From positions 224,001 through 288,000 of the forward strand of contig CAXXSR010000002.1 in NCBI GenBank assembly GCA_963662615.2: a stretch of 64,000 nt of DNA, given 5' to 3'. The translations under genes were made by a program, and so were the position numbers. Source of the stretch: Dehalococcoidia bacterium. GTDB lineage: Bacteria; Chloroflexota; Dehalococcoidia; Bin125. Shown here in pieces: positions 9,512 to 19,207 of this stretch. The notes under the pieces are model-generated. The model saw nothing but the letters and a program-made list of their open reading frames with translations. It did not search any database and was not told the origin of the DNA. The number at the start of each line of letters is the position of its first letter. Positions within the stretch are counted from its first letter, which is position 1.

Positions 9512-10918
9512 GTGGGCCTCTCCGTCAGCCTTGATATCGCCACGCGAGCGCTGCAGGTGCAGCAGCTGGGCGTGGATGTGACGGCGCACAACATTGCCAA
9601 CGCGAACACGCAGGGCTATTCGCGCCAGGCGGTCCATTTCACCGCCGAGGTGCTGGCGGCGTCCGGCGCGGGCGGCGGGAGCACCCTGCTGGGCGAGTCG
9701 GGCAGGGGCGTCAACGCGTCGGAGATCCGCCGCTTCCGCGATCAGTTCGTGGACTTCCAGATCCGGGACGTGTTGCAGTTGCTGGGGCGCTACGGCGCGG
9801 AGTCGCAGGCGCTGGCCCAGGCAGAGGTGATTGTGAATGAGCCCACGGAGAGTGGGCTGGGGAGTCTGCTGGCGAATTTCTGGAACAGCTGGCGAGATCT
9901 GAGCAACGCGCCGGAGTCGGCGGCAGCGCGGGCCAACGTGGTAGCGGAGTCCGGGATGCTGGTGACGGCGATCGGCCGCAGACACGACCAGCTGCGGGCG
10001 CTCCAGAGCGATTTGGACACGGAAGTCCAAACAATAGTGGCGCAGATCAACACGCTGGGTGCACAGATTGTGGATCTGAATGCGCAGATCGTGCGGATGT
10101 CGGCCGGGGGCGACAATGCGGGGGATCTGTTGGACCTGCGGGACCTGCGGCTGGACGACCTCTCGCAGTTGGTCAACGTGACTGTGACGACCCGGGAGAA
10201 CGGCGCCATCTCCGTCTTGGTGGGCGGACGGGAGCTGGTGGCGGGCAGCCAGGTCTACGGTCTGACCACCACGCCAGAGCCGGGCAACCTGGGCTACCAC
10301 GCGGTGCGCTGGGGCGCGGACAACGTGCTGACGGATGTGACCTCCGGTAAGCTGTTCGGCCTGCTGCAGGCCCGAGACGTGAGCTTGGTCAAGCCGATCA
10401 ATGATCTCAATACGCTGACGGCGGCGCTCATCACGCAGGTCAACGCCGTGCATCAGACCGGGTTTGGGTTGGACAACACAACGGCCACGGACTTCTTCAG
10501 CGGGACCGACGCGGCCGACATTGCCGTGAACCCGACGCTGGTCGCGGACGCCAACAAGATTGCGGCGGCGAGCGGCGCCAGCCTGCCCGGCGATGCCAGC
10601 AGCGCGCTGGCCATTGCCGACCTGCAGCAGGCGTTGACGATGAATGGGGGGACGGGCACGTTTGAGGATTTCTACAACTCGGCCGTGGGCCGGTTGGGGG
10701 TGAGCATCCAGGAGGCGCGAAGCCTGGCGCAGAACCAGGAGTTCCTGCGCGCCCATTTGCAGACGCTGCGGGAGTCGGTGGCGTGCGTGAACCTGGATGA
10801 GGAGATGACGAACCTGATCAAGTTTCAACGGGCGTTTGAGGCGGCGGCGCGGCTGATCAGCGTGGTGGACTCCATGCTGGAGACGTTGATCAACCGGGTG
10901 GGCTTGGGCGGACGGTAA
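9512..10918 (+). CDS. flgK: Hook-associated protein FlgK
   Basis: HNIANANTQGYSRQ; VNLDEEMTNLIKFQRAFEAAAR. Confidence 0.96.
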   Translation: MGLSVSLDIATRALQVQQLGVDVTAHNIANANTQGYSRQAVHFTAEVLAASGAGGGSTLLGESGRGVNASEIRRFRDQFVDFQIRDVLQLLGRYGAESQALAQAEVIVNEPTESGLGSLLANFWNSWRDLSNAPESAAARANVVAESGMLVTAIGRRHDQLRALQSDLDTEVQTIVAQINTLGAQIVDLNAQIVRMSAGGDNAGDLLDLRDLRLDDLSQLVNVTVTTRENGAISVLVGGRELVAGSQVYGLTTTPEPGNLGYHAVRWGADNVLTDVTSGKLFGLLQARDVSLVKPINDLNTLTAALITQVNAVHQTGFGLDNTTATDFFSGTDAADIAVNPTLVADANKIAAASGASLPGDASSALAIADLQQALTMNGGTGTFEDFYNSAVGRLGVSIQEARSLAQNQEFLRAHLQTLRESVACVNLDEEMTNLIKFQRAFEAAARLISVVDSMLETLINRVGLGGR

Positions 10919-10924
10919 GCGGCG

Positions 10925-11812
10925 ATGCGGATCACCTACCGCACCACGATTGACCGGGCGCTGGCCGATCTAGGCCGGGGGCAGGAGCGCGTGGCCGATC
11001 TGCAGCAGCGGCTGGCGACGGGCAAGCGGATCAACAAACCCTCAGACGATCCGGCTGGGATCACGCGCGCGCTCTCCATCCGAACGGACTTGAAGCTGAC
11101 CACGCAGTATATGCGCAATATTGACTCCGGGATTGCGCGGGTGAACGCGACGGAGGCGGGACTGGCAACGGTGACCGAGCTCCTGCAGCGGGCCCGGGAG
11201 CTGGCGATTCTTGGCGGCAATGAGACGAATGACCAGGACCAGCGGAACAACATTGCGGCGGAGGTGAGCGGGCTGCTGGATGAGGCGATCGCCGTGAGCA
11301 ACAGCCGGTTCGCCGGGCAGTACATCTTCGGCGGCCACCTCAGCACGGTCGCGCCGTTCAGCCCCGTGGGGGTGCCGACCACGTCCGTGACCTACAACGG
11401 CGACAGCGGGGTGGTGGAACGGGACATCAGTGTGGGCGTGCGGGTGCAGATCAACGTGGCCGGCGATACGGCCCTGGGAACGACGTTCACGGCGTTGATC
11501 GCGCTGCGGGACGACCTCCTGAGCGGTGACACCGGCGCGGTTCGGACCGCCGATCTGCAGGCGCTGGACACCACGCTGGACGACGTGCTGAGCGTGCGGG
11601 GGCAGTTGGGCTCAACGGCGAACCGGCTGGATCTCACGCGGCAGCGGCTGGATCTATCCAGCTTGGCCTCCCAGGAGCAGTTGTCGGCGCTGGAAGACGC
11701 GGACATTGTGGAGACGATCGTGGATTTGAACGCGCAAGAGGCGGTCTACCAGGCGGCGCTGGCGACTGTGGCGCGCAGCATCCAGTCCACCCTGATCAAT
11801 TTCCTCAGATAG
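10925..11812 (+). CDS. flgL: Hook-associated protein FlgL
   Basis: TGKRINKPSDDP; YIFGG; C-terminal YQAAL...TLINFLR. Confidence 0.96.
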   Translation: MRITYRTTIDRALADLGRGQERVADLQQRLATGKRINKPSDDPAGITRALSIRTDLKLTTQYMRNIDSGIARVNATEAGLATVTELLQRARELAILGGNETNDQDQRNNIAAEVSGLLDEAIAVSNSRFAGQYIFGGHLSTVAPFSPVGVPTTSVTYNGDSGVVERDISVGVRVQINVAGDTALGTTFTALIALRDDLLSGDTGAVRTADLQALDTTLDDVLSVRGQLGSTANRLDLTRQRLDLSSLASQEQLSALEDADIVETIVDLNAQEAVYQAALATVARSIQSTLINFLR

Positions 11813-11822
11813 GAGGAGGAGC

Positions 11823-12335
11823 ATGCAGTTGCAGATCGTTCGGCAGGGCCAGCAGATGACCGTGGACGTCTCGGAGGCGGAGCGGATCCGCTTTCCGACG
11901 GGGATGATTGGCTTTGAGAAGGCGACGGAGTTCGCGCTCTTTCCGGACCCCGAAGGCGGCATCCAGTGGTTGCACGCCACGAACGAGGAGACGGTGGCGT
12001 TCGCCGTGCTCGATCCGTTTCTGATCTGGCCCGACTATGACGTGACGGTGCCGGACGCGGATGCGGAGGCGCTGGAACTGTCGCGGCCACAGGATGCGCA
12101 ACTTCTGGCGATCATCACGCCGCGGGAGGATCCGAGCCAGATCACGGCGAACTTGCGGGCGCCGATCGTGATTAACCGTCGGCTGCGCATTGGGCGGCAG
12201 ATCATCCTGGCAGACACGGGCTACCCCCTGCATGCGCCGATCCTGGAGGCGTTGACGATGGAGATGTCGGGGGCCGGTGCGGATGCCGCCGACGACGAGA
12301 TGGATCAAGAGGCGTCGGACCGGGCCGCCGCCTAG
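11823..12335 (+). CDS. fliW: Flagellar assembly factor FliW (CsrA antagonist)
   Basis: FPTGMIGFE, DPF...PDY, TANLRAPIVIN...GRQIIL. Confidence 0.93.
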   Translation: MQLQIVRQGQQMTVDVSEAERIRFPTGMIGFEKATEFALFPDPEGGIQWLHATNEETVAFAVLDPFLIWPDYDVTVPDADAEALELSRPQDAQLLAIITPREDPSQITANLRAPIVINRRLRIGRQIILADTGYPLHAPILEALTMEMSGAGADAADDEMDQEASDRAAA

Positions 12336-12422
12336 GACCACGACCAGGGAAGCACGGCGCCTTCCGCGGCCGACGCGGGGGGCTAGCCCGCGGCGGGCTG
12401 GCCGGCGCAGGGGAGGACGACC

Positions 12423-14591
12423 ATGGCAGATGCCGGCAGTGACGGCGAGCAACTGCGCTTCGATGCCGATGAGGAGGACCTTCAAGTCTTCCTGGAAGAC
12501 GGCAGCGAGCAGCTGGAGATGCTGGACCAGGACATTGTGCGGCTGGAACAAGAGCCGGACGACGAGATCCTGCAGGGGATCTTCCGGGCGGCGCACAGTC
12601 TGAAGGGATCCTCCGCGACGATTGACCATACGCGGATGGCTGAGTTGACGCATGCCATGGAGAGCGTGCTGGATGCGGTGCGGAAGAAGACGCTGCCGAT
12701 CACCACGCCGATCATTGACGCGCTGCTGGAGAGCTTGGACGCGCTGCGCGTACTGCTGGAGGAAGTGGCGACGCTGCGGGGATCGGGAATGGAGTTCAGT
12801 CCGCTGGCGGCGCGGCTGCAGACGCTCCTGGCGGGCGGAACGGCGGAGGGCGAGGCTGCGCCGGCGGCGGCGAGTGCGATCTCCGTGGGCGCGGGACTGG
12901 CGGAGGCCATGGCGGCGCGCGAGGCGACCGGCCTGCAGATGGTGGAGGTGCGCGTGTGCTTGGCGCCGGACTGCGCGATGCCGGCGGTGCGCTTGTTCCA
13001 GTGCTTGGTGGAATTGAACGCCAACGGCGAGGTGCTGACGTCAGCGCCCAGTTCCGCGCAGATCGAGAGCGAGGAGGTGGGCGGGGAGCTGGTGGCGCTG
13101 TTCGCGACGGACCGCGAGCCGGGGCAGGTGGCCGAGTTGCTGCGGCCGGTGCTGGACGTGGCTGCGGTGGAGGCGACCGCCTACAACGCAGGCGGCGAGG
13201 CAGCGACGGCCGCTGTCGCAGGCGAGCCAGTGGACCAGCGCGGAGCCGGCTCCACTGCGCCCGAGGCGGAGGACAGTCGGCGTCGCATTGACTTGGGCCC
13301 GGAGGCACGAGGGAAGTCCTCGGACGATCAGCTGCGGCTGGCGGCGAGCAAGCTGTCGCAGCAGGCGAAGTCGGTGCGGATTGACGTGGAGCGCTTGGAC
13401 AGCTTGATGAATCTCACGGGCGAGCTGGTGATTGACCGGGGGCGGCTGGCGGCGGTGGCGCATCGGTTCGGGGCGGGGGCGGAGGCGGTGGACGCGGGGC
13501 TGCTGGATGCGCTGAATGACACCACATCCCATCTCGGTCTGATCACGACGGAGCTGCAAGACCAGGTGATGAAGGCGCGCATGCAACCGGTGGCGAACGT
13601 GTTCCACCGCTTTCCGCGGATGGTGCGCGACCTTGCGCAGCGGGCGGGGAAAGAGGTCGATCTGCGGATCTCGGGCGAAGACACGGAGCTGGACCGCTCA
13701 GTCATTGAGGAGATCGGTGACCCGCTCATCCACCTGCTCCGCAACGCGGTGGACCACGGGCTGGAGGCGCCGGATGAACGCCGGCGGGCGGGGAAGCCGT
13801 CGAAGGGCGTCCTGCAGCTGAGTTCCGGACATGAGGACAACGCCATTGTCATTCGCGTGCAGGACGATGGGCGGGGTATCGATCCGGAGAAGATCAAGGC
13901 CCAGGCCATACGCAAGGGGCTGATCTCGTCGGAGGCCGCCGAGCGGCTGGGAGCGCGGGAGACGCTGGACCTGATCTGGATGCCGGGCTTCACCACGGCG
14001 GCGGAGGTGACGGAGGTCTCCGGGCGCGGGGTGGGCATGGACGTTGTCAAGACGAACATTGAAAAGCTTAACGGCACCGCCAGCTTGGAGTCGGAGGTGG
14101 GCGTGGGCACCACCTTGACGGTGCGGGTCCCGCTGACGCTCGCGGTGATTCAAGGATTGGCGCTGCGCGTGCAGCAGAGCCGGCTGGTGGTACCGCTGTC
14201 CGCCGTGACGGAGACGCTGCAGGTGCATAGGAGCGAGATCAAGCGGGTGCACGGTGGCCAGGCCATCCAACTGCGCGGCAAGGTGCTGCCGGTGATAGAC
14301 CTGGCGGAGGTGCTGCAGCTCCGCGCCGGCCCGTCCGAGGAAACGGCCGGCGGTGGTGCGGGGGAGGAAGAGCGCTTCGTGGTGGCGGTGCGCACGGCGG
14401 CGGATTCCGCCGGACTGATCGTGGACGAACTGTTGGGGCAAGAAGAGGTGGTGATCAAGAGCTTAGGGAGCCTGTTGCGACGGGTTCCGGGTGTTTCCGG
14501 AGCGACGCTGATGGGCGACGAGGTGGCCTTGATCCTTGATGTCCCGAACCTCCTCAAGCTTCACCGCAGTCGGCAGGGAGCGGCGGCATGA
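12423..14591 (+). CDS. cheA: Chemotaxis histidine kinase CheA
   Basis: Hpt IFRAAHSLKG; HLLRNAVDHG; DDGRG; SGRGVGMDVV; C-terminal CheW-like domain. Confidence 0.98.
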   Translation: MADAGSDGEQLRFDADEEDLQVFLEDGSEQLEMLDQDIVRLEQEPDDEILQGIFRAAHSLKGSSATIDHTRMAELTHAMESVLDAVRKKTLPITTPIIDALLESLDALRVLLEEVATLRGSGMEFSPLAARLQTLLAGGTAEGEAAPAAASAISVGAGLAEAMAAREATGLQMVEVRVCLAPDCAMPAVRLFQCLVELNANGEVLTSAPSSAQIESEEVGGELVALFATDREPGQVAELLRPVLDVAAVEATAYNAGGEAATAAVAGEPVDQRGAGSTAPEAEDSRRRIDLGPEARGKSSDDQLRLAASKLSQQAKSVRIDVERLDSLMNLTGELVIDRGRLAAVAHRFGAGAEAVDAGLLDALNDTTSHLGLITTELQDQVMKARMQPVANVFHRFPRMVRDLAQRAGKEVDLRISGEDTELDRSVIEEIGDPLIHLLRNAVDHGLEAPDERRRAGKPSKGVLQLSSGHEDNAIVIRVQDDGRGIDPEKIKAQAIRKGLISSEAAERLGARETLDLIWMPGFTTAAEVTEVSGRGVGMDVVKTNIEKLNGTASLESEVGVGTTLTVRVPLTLAVIQGLALRVQQSRLVVPLSAVTETLQVHRSEIKRVHGGQAIQLRGKVLPVIDLAEVLQLRAGPSEETAGGGAGEEERFVVAVRTAADSAGLIVDELLGQEEVVIKSLGSLLRRVPGVSGATLMGDEVALILDVPNLLKLHRSRQGAAA

Positions 14592-15208
14592 CCGGGAAGC
14601 CAACGAGACCCCGAGCGCGCGGACTGGCCAAGCTGACGAGCGTGACGGCGGCGGGGGCCGAGCGCGCGGCGGAACGGCTCTCGGAGCTGCTGGGCCGGGA
14701 GATCCTGCTGGACGCGACGGGCGTGCACTTCGGCGGGAGCGCCCGCCTTCTGGACCTTGTGGGCGGCCCCGGTGCGGCCGTGGCCGGCGTCTATCTGAGG
14801 ATGGGCGAGGAGATCACGGGCCATGTGATGTTGCTCTTTGAGCTGGAGGAGGCGCGGAGCCTGGTTGACCAGCTGCTGGAGCTGGAGCCGGGAACGACAC
14901 AGGAGCTGGACGAGCTGGGGCGGTCTGCCCTGGGCGAAGTGGGCAACATCACGGCGTCGTCGTTCCTCAATGAGCTGGGCGACGCGGTGAAGATTGAGCT
15001 GCATCTGTCGCCACCGGAGGTGGTGGAAGAGCTGGCGGGGGCGCTGTTGAATTCGGTGCTGGCGGACGTGGCCTCCCTGGGCGGGGACATTCTGATCTTG
15101 GAGACGGTGTTTATTGAGGCGGGATCGCAGGTCAAGGGGTTCGTGCTGCTGACCCCGGACCCGGAGTCTCTCACCGTCCTGTTGGACCGCTTGGTGGAAG
15201 CGGCATGA
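14588..15208 (+). CDS. cheC: CheY-P phosphatase CheC
   Basis: SALGEVGNI...SPP motif; between cheA and cheD. Confidence 0.88.
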   Translation: MTGKPTRPRARGLAKLTSVTAAGAERAAERLSELLGREILLDATGVHFGGSARLLDLVGGPGAAVAGVYLRMGEEITGHVMLLFELEEARSLVDQLLELEPGTTQELDELGRSALGEVGNITASSFLNELGDAVKIELHLSPPEVVEELAGALLNSVLADVASLGGDILILETVFIEAGSQVKGFVLLTPDPESLTVLLDRLVEAA

Positions 15209-15701
15209 GCCCGGCGGCGGAAGAGGAGGTGTCGGTGGGGATCGGGGAGCTGGTGGTGACGGACGAACCCAACACGACGCTGATAGTGCACGGGCTGGGC
15301 TCCTGCGTGGCGGTGGTGGCATATTCGCGTACGCCCTTGGTGGGCGGCATGCTCCACATCATGCTGCCGTTGGCGCCGGAAGGGGATGGCGCGATGCCGA
15401 CCCGCTATGCGGACAGCGGCATTGAGGCGTTGTGGGCGGCGTTCCGGAAGCGGGGAGCGGCGCCGCGCAACGCGGTGGTTCGCCTGGTGGGGGGGCGGCG
15501 GTGCTTCGCATGGCCGGGGGCGCAAAAAGCCTGCGCGTGGGCGAGCGCAACATTGACGCGGCGGAGTCGACGCTGCGGCGGCTGGGGATCCCCGTGCGCG
15601 CGCGCGACGTGGGCGGAGATCGCGGTCGCACGGTGGAATTTGCGGTGGGGACCGGCCTGGTCCGGGTGCGGACGCTCGGCGAGGCGTATCGCACGATCTA
15701 G
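15205..15701 (+). pseudogene. cheD: Chemoreceptor glutamine deamidase CheD, frameshifted at G7 tract 15489-15495 (possibly a sequencing error)
   Basis: GLGSCVAV, HIMLP, RYAD in the first frame; GERN...DVGGDRGRTVEF in the shifted frame; one extra G restores LVGGAAV. Confidence 0.9.
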
Positions 15702-15719
15702 ACGAGAGCGGAGGAAAGC

Positions 15720-16076
15720 ATGGCAACGATCCTGATCGTGGACGACGCGGCGTTCATGCGGCTGCGGTGCGCCAAACTGTTGAAAGAGAACGGCTACGAC
15801 GTGGTGGAAGCCGAGAACGGCGTCGTGGCGTTGGAGGTCTACAAGGAGACGAAGCCGGACGCGGTGCTGATGGACATCACCATGCCGGAGATGGACGGCC
15901 TCGCGGCGTTGAAGGCCTTGCTCGAGCTGGATCCGGAGGCGCGAGTGGCGATGGTCACGGCCATGGGGCAGCAGGCCATCATCATGGACGCGATCCAGAA
16001 CGGGGCCAAGGACTTCGTGGTGAAGCCGTTCGAAAAGGCGCGTGTGCTGGCGGCCGTGGAGAAGCTGCTGGCCTAG
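15720..16076 (+). CDS. cheY: Chemotaxis response regulator CheY
   Basis: ILIVDDAAFMR, MDITMPEMDG, KPF; Bacillus/Thermotoga-type single receiver domain. Confidence 0.95.
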   Translation: MATILIVDDAAFMRLRCAKLLKENGYDVVEAENGVVALEVYKETKPDAVLMDITMPEMDGLAALKALLELDPEARVAMVTAMGQQAIIMDAIQNGAKDFVVKPFEKARVLAAVEKLLA

Positions 16077-16120
16077 CCGGCGCGCCGGCCGGGGTGGAGT
16101 TCACGAAGGGGAGCGGCCGG

Positions 16121-17170
16121 ATGGCACCACCGATCAAGGCCGTGCGGGTGCTGGTCGTTGATGATTCCGCGTTTATGCGCCACACGATCCGCAAGATCCT
16201 GGGGGCCGAAGCGGACCTGGACGTGGTGGGCGAAGCGCGCGACGGGGTGGAAGGGCTGACGAAGGCGGCAGCGCTGCGCCCGGACGTGATCACGCTGGAC
16301 GTGGAGATGCCACGGCTGGACGGGCTGGCCATGCTGCGGACGTTGATGCAGCGACGTCCCACGCCGGTGGTGATGCTCTCCACCCTCACGCAGGCTGGGG
16401 CCAGCGCCACGCTGGAGGCGCTGGATCTGGGCGCGGTGGACTTTGTGACGAAGCCGGGCACCAGTCGCTTCTCGGATCTGGACGGGGTGCGGACGGCGCT
16501 GGTCAGGTCGGTGCGGGCGGCGGCCATCTCGCGCGTGCGGGCGCGGGCCCAGCGCGCCCCGAGGCGCCGGGCGGCGGCCGCGGCGCCAGCCGCGCAGGGC
16601 AGCGGGGGCGCCATCGATCGTCTGGTGGTGATTGGTTGCAGCACCGGAGGGCCCCCGGCGCTGGCCGAAGTGATCCCCCACCTCCCGGTGGGGCTGAAGG
16701 CGCCGGTGGTGGTGGTGCAACATATGCCCGCGGGGTTCACGGCTACGCTGGCAGAGCGCCTGCACAAGCTGTCCGCCCTGCCCGTGCACGAGGCGCGCGA
16801 TGGTGAACTGCTACAGAACGATCACGTCTACATGGCACCAGGCTCCCGGCAGCTGGAGGTGCGCGCGGATCGGAGCCTCAAGCTCTCGGACGCGCCACCG
16901 GTGCACGGGGTGCGGCCGTCGGTGGACTTCACGTTGGGAACCATTAGTCCCCAGCTCAGCCGCCGGTCCGTGGTGGCGATTCTGACGGGGATGGGCAAGG
17001 ATGGGGCGGACGGCGCGCGGCGCTTGCGCCAGCAGGGAGCCAAGGTGGTGGTGCAAGACGAGTCGACGTGCACGGTCTACGGGATGCCCCGCGCCGTGGT
17101 GGAGTTGGGCGCGGCGGACCAGATCGTTCCGCTGGAGAAGGTGGCTGCCACGATCCAGAAGTTGCTGTGA
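16121..17170 (+). CDS. cheB: Chemotaxis methylesterase CheB
   Basis: Receiver domain plus catalytic S (GCSTGG), H (QHMP), D (TGMGKDG). Confidence 0.97.
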   Translation: MAPPIKAVRVLVVDDSAFMRHTIRKILGAEADLDVVGEARDGVEGLTKAAALRPDVITLDVEMPRLDGLAMLRTLMQRRPTPVVMLSTLTQAGASATLEALDLGAVDFVTKPGTSRFSDLDGVRTALVRSVRAAAISRVRARAQRAPRRRAAAAAPAAQGSGGAIDRLVVIGCSTGGPPALAEVIPHLPVGLKAPVVVVQHMPAGFTATLAERLHKLSALPVHEARDGELLQNDHVYMAPGSRQLEVRADRSLKLSDAPPVHGVRPSVDFTLGTISPQLSRRSVVAILTGMGKDGADGARRLRQQGAKVVVQDESTCTVYGMPRAVVELGAADQIVPLEKVAATIQKLL

Positions 17171-17230
17171 CGGCGCCGCGGGCACGGCGCCCCGGCGGCT
17201 CCGGTTTCTCAGGAGCATAAGGAGAACGCG

Positions 17231-17695
17231 GTGCAGGTCGATACGATCAATCCGTTCATCGCCGCCGCTCGGAAAGTTCTGATGGCAGAGCTGGACAGCG
17301 AGGTAGAGCGCGGCAAGATGAGCCTCAGCAAGGCCGCCGAGACGTCGGACGATGTGACGGCGCTGATCGCGGTGACAGGGGACGTGCGGGGACTGGTGCT
17401 GTACACGATGTCCGACGCGACCGCCTGCGCGACCGCTGCTCGCATGATTGGGCAGGAGTGCGATCAGCTGGACGAGCTGGCGCAGAGCGCGATCGCCGAA
17501 CTGGCCAATATGATCACGGGCAAGGCGAGTGTGCTGCTGGAGGACGCCAACGTGAAGGCGGAGATCTCCCCGCCGGCGATGGTGGTGGGCGCCGGCAGTA
17601 GCGTCTCGACCGTCAGCCTGCCGCGGCTGGTGGTGCCGCTGACGACCGCTTGCGGGGGCATCTCCATCCACCTGGCGCTGGAGCAGGCCGCCTAG
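17231..17695 (+). CDS. cheX: CheY-P phosphatase CheX
   Basis: INPFI, SAIAELANMITG, ISPP. Confidence 0.92.
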   Translation: MQVDTINPFIAAARKVLMAELDSEVERGKMSLSKAAETSDDVTALIAVTGDVRGLVLYTMSDATACATAARMIGQECDQLDELAQSAIAELANMITGKASVLLEDANVKAEISPPAMVVGAGSSVSTVSLPRLVVPLTTACGGISIHLALEQAA

Positions 17696-18813
17696 CCCGA
17701 GGCGCGAGGGCGGCCCGACCACGCTGCCGGGCGGAGCGGCGCGCCGTGCTGCGCGGCTGTGTCGAGACCATAGGAGACGATGTTCAGGGAAGGACGGGGC
17801 GCCCGCGAGGGCGCGGGCTGTGCGCCGGCGCGACCGCCGCGAATGAGTTGCAGGCGGGGCGATTCTCTGACATCGGCGCGATAGAGGACGTCGAGGGTCT
17901 GGCCGCCTTGCTGGGCGGAGTGCAGGAGGTGCTCGCTGAGCGTGAGGCCGTGGATCAGGGTGGCGAGATCGTCGGCGCCTCCGTTGTGGATGCGGCGCAG
18001 GAAGCGCTCCACGATGGCGGGTTTGGGATCAGTTACGGGGACCGGGAGGCGACGCCGGCCGAGGGCGATTCGGCTGAAGTTTTCCCCGCCCGCGGCGGCA
18101 AGCGGCTCCTCATCGGCTTCCACGAAGAGCGCGCCCGTGCCGCCGGCTTCTTCCAGAACGAAGGTGGCGCCGCGGGTGACCAGCCGGACGCGGCGGGAGG
18201 AGGTCCCGGGACCCGTGCCCACGTTGAGGCCGACCGTGACTCCCGTGTCGCAGAGAAGCGTGGCGATGAGGGCGGCGGCTCCGGGGAGATGCGGTGTATC
18301 GGCCACTCCGCAGACCCGCTGCGGCCAGCCACCGGCGAGGTGCGCGATGGTGACCGCGCTGTCGAGGATCGCTGCGGCGACGGCGTCGCCATCGCCGGCG
18401 AGGGGCAGTTGATGCTCTACGGAGATGGATACCGGCGCGGGGGAGCTGTGGGACTGCGCCAACTCGAGCCGGAGGGCGGCGAGCCCAGGGTTGACCGGTC
18501 CGGAGAAGCCCACGGTGACGGCGCCGGCCTGCGCGGGCAGGGCCCGCTGCACGGCGGCAGCTTGCGCCGAGTCGAGTGCGGTGGGGCAGCCGATGAGCAG
18601 AGGAATCCCGCCCGCCAGGGCGCATTCGAGCAGCGCGGCGGGATCCTGCTCGACATCGGTCAAGATCGCCGCCTCCCAGCCACCCCGAGCGAGGGCCGCC
18701 TGGGCCTGTTCCGGCGCGGCGCGGAAGACACTGGCGTCGAAATGGACGGCGTGACGGAGGACCTGCTCGTAGGCACGCGCCTGCGGTCCCCCGCCAACGA
18801 CAAGGTATCTCAC
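17692..18813 (-). CDS. Degenerate Gfo/Idh/MocA-family oxidoreductase-like protein
   Basis: N-terminal Rossmann YLVVGGG; ALAGGIPLLIGCP in place of the canonical EKP; VTVGF; GTG start. Confidence 0.6.
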   Translation of the reverse strand: MRYLVVGGGPQARAYEQVLRHAVHFDASVFRAAPEQAQAALARGGWEAAILTDVEQDPAALLECALAGGIPLLIGCPTALDSAQAAAVQRALPAQAGAVTVGFSGPVNPGLAALRLELAQSHSSPAPVSISVEHQLPLAGDGDAVAAAILDSAVTIAHLAGGWPQRVCGVADTPHLPGAAALIATLLCDTGVTVGLNVGTGPGTSSRRVRLVTRGATFVLEEAGGTGALFVEADEEPLAAAGGENFSRIALGRRRLPVPVTDPKPAIVERFLRRIHNGGADDLATLIHGLTLSEHLLHSAQQGGQTLDVLYRADVRESPRLQLIRGGRAGAQPAPSRAPRPSLNIVSYGLDTAAQHGAPLRPAAWSGRPRASG

Positions 18814-19050
18814 CCCTCCATGCTAGGGAGACGAGGGAGCCGCAAAATGCGGATTCTCCCTTAGGGGCCGGGGAGCACTTCCGGATTCTGGAGGGGAGAA
18901 CGGTGGAGAGGGGCGCCGGCGGGCGCAGGCGGGGGCGGGGAGCGGTCGAGTGGGGGCAGGGGCGTGCTCCGGGCGGTCCGGGCGCGAGATGTGGGGGAGT
19001 CGACGTACGGCGGGCTCCGGCCACTGCTAAGGGATTTACGCCGCCGCCTC

Positions 19051-19078
19051 TAGGGATGACCCCGCCCGCCGCCGATGA
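19051..19078 (+). promoter_or_regulatory. Putative sigma-28 promoter of flagellin (TAGG-N16-GCCGATGA)
   Basis: -10 matches GCCGATAA-type consensus with 16-bp spacer; same architecture upstream of flaG. Confidence 0.7.
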
Positions 19079-19135
19079 TCCCGGTGCGCGCACCCGGGAG
19101 TCGTCCCTTCAGGGCCGGCCGCCTCTGTCCAGTTT

Positions 19136-19200
19136 GCGGTGAACGGAGAGAACACCGCGTCAACGCCGGGGAATCCTCCGGTAGCAAGGAAGCAGTAGGA
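19136..19200 (+). promoter_or_regulatory. Flagellin leader with GGA-loop hairpins (putative CsrA sites)
   Basis: GCGGTG-aacGGAgagaa-CACCGC; GC-aAGGAa-GC; AGGA at the SD. Confidence 0.55.
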
Positions 19201-19207
19201 ACTCGCA

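Noticed and set aside
12336-12422. csrA gene after fliW
   Set aside because: The gap is only 87 bp, with no MLVLTRK-like ORF.
18872-18970. Invertible flagellar switch upstream of fliC
   Set aside because: The inverted repeat is only 7 bp, the predicted promoter lies outside it, and no recombinase is present.
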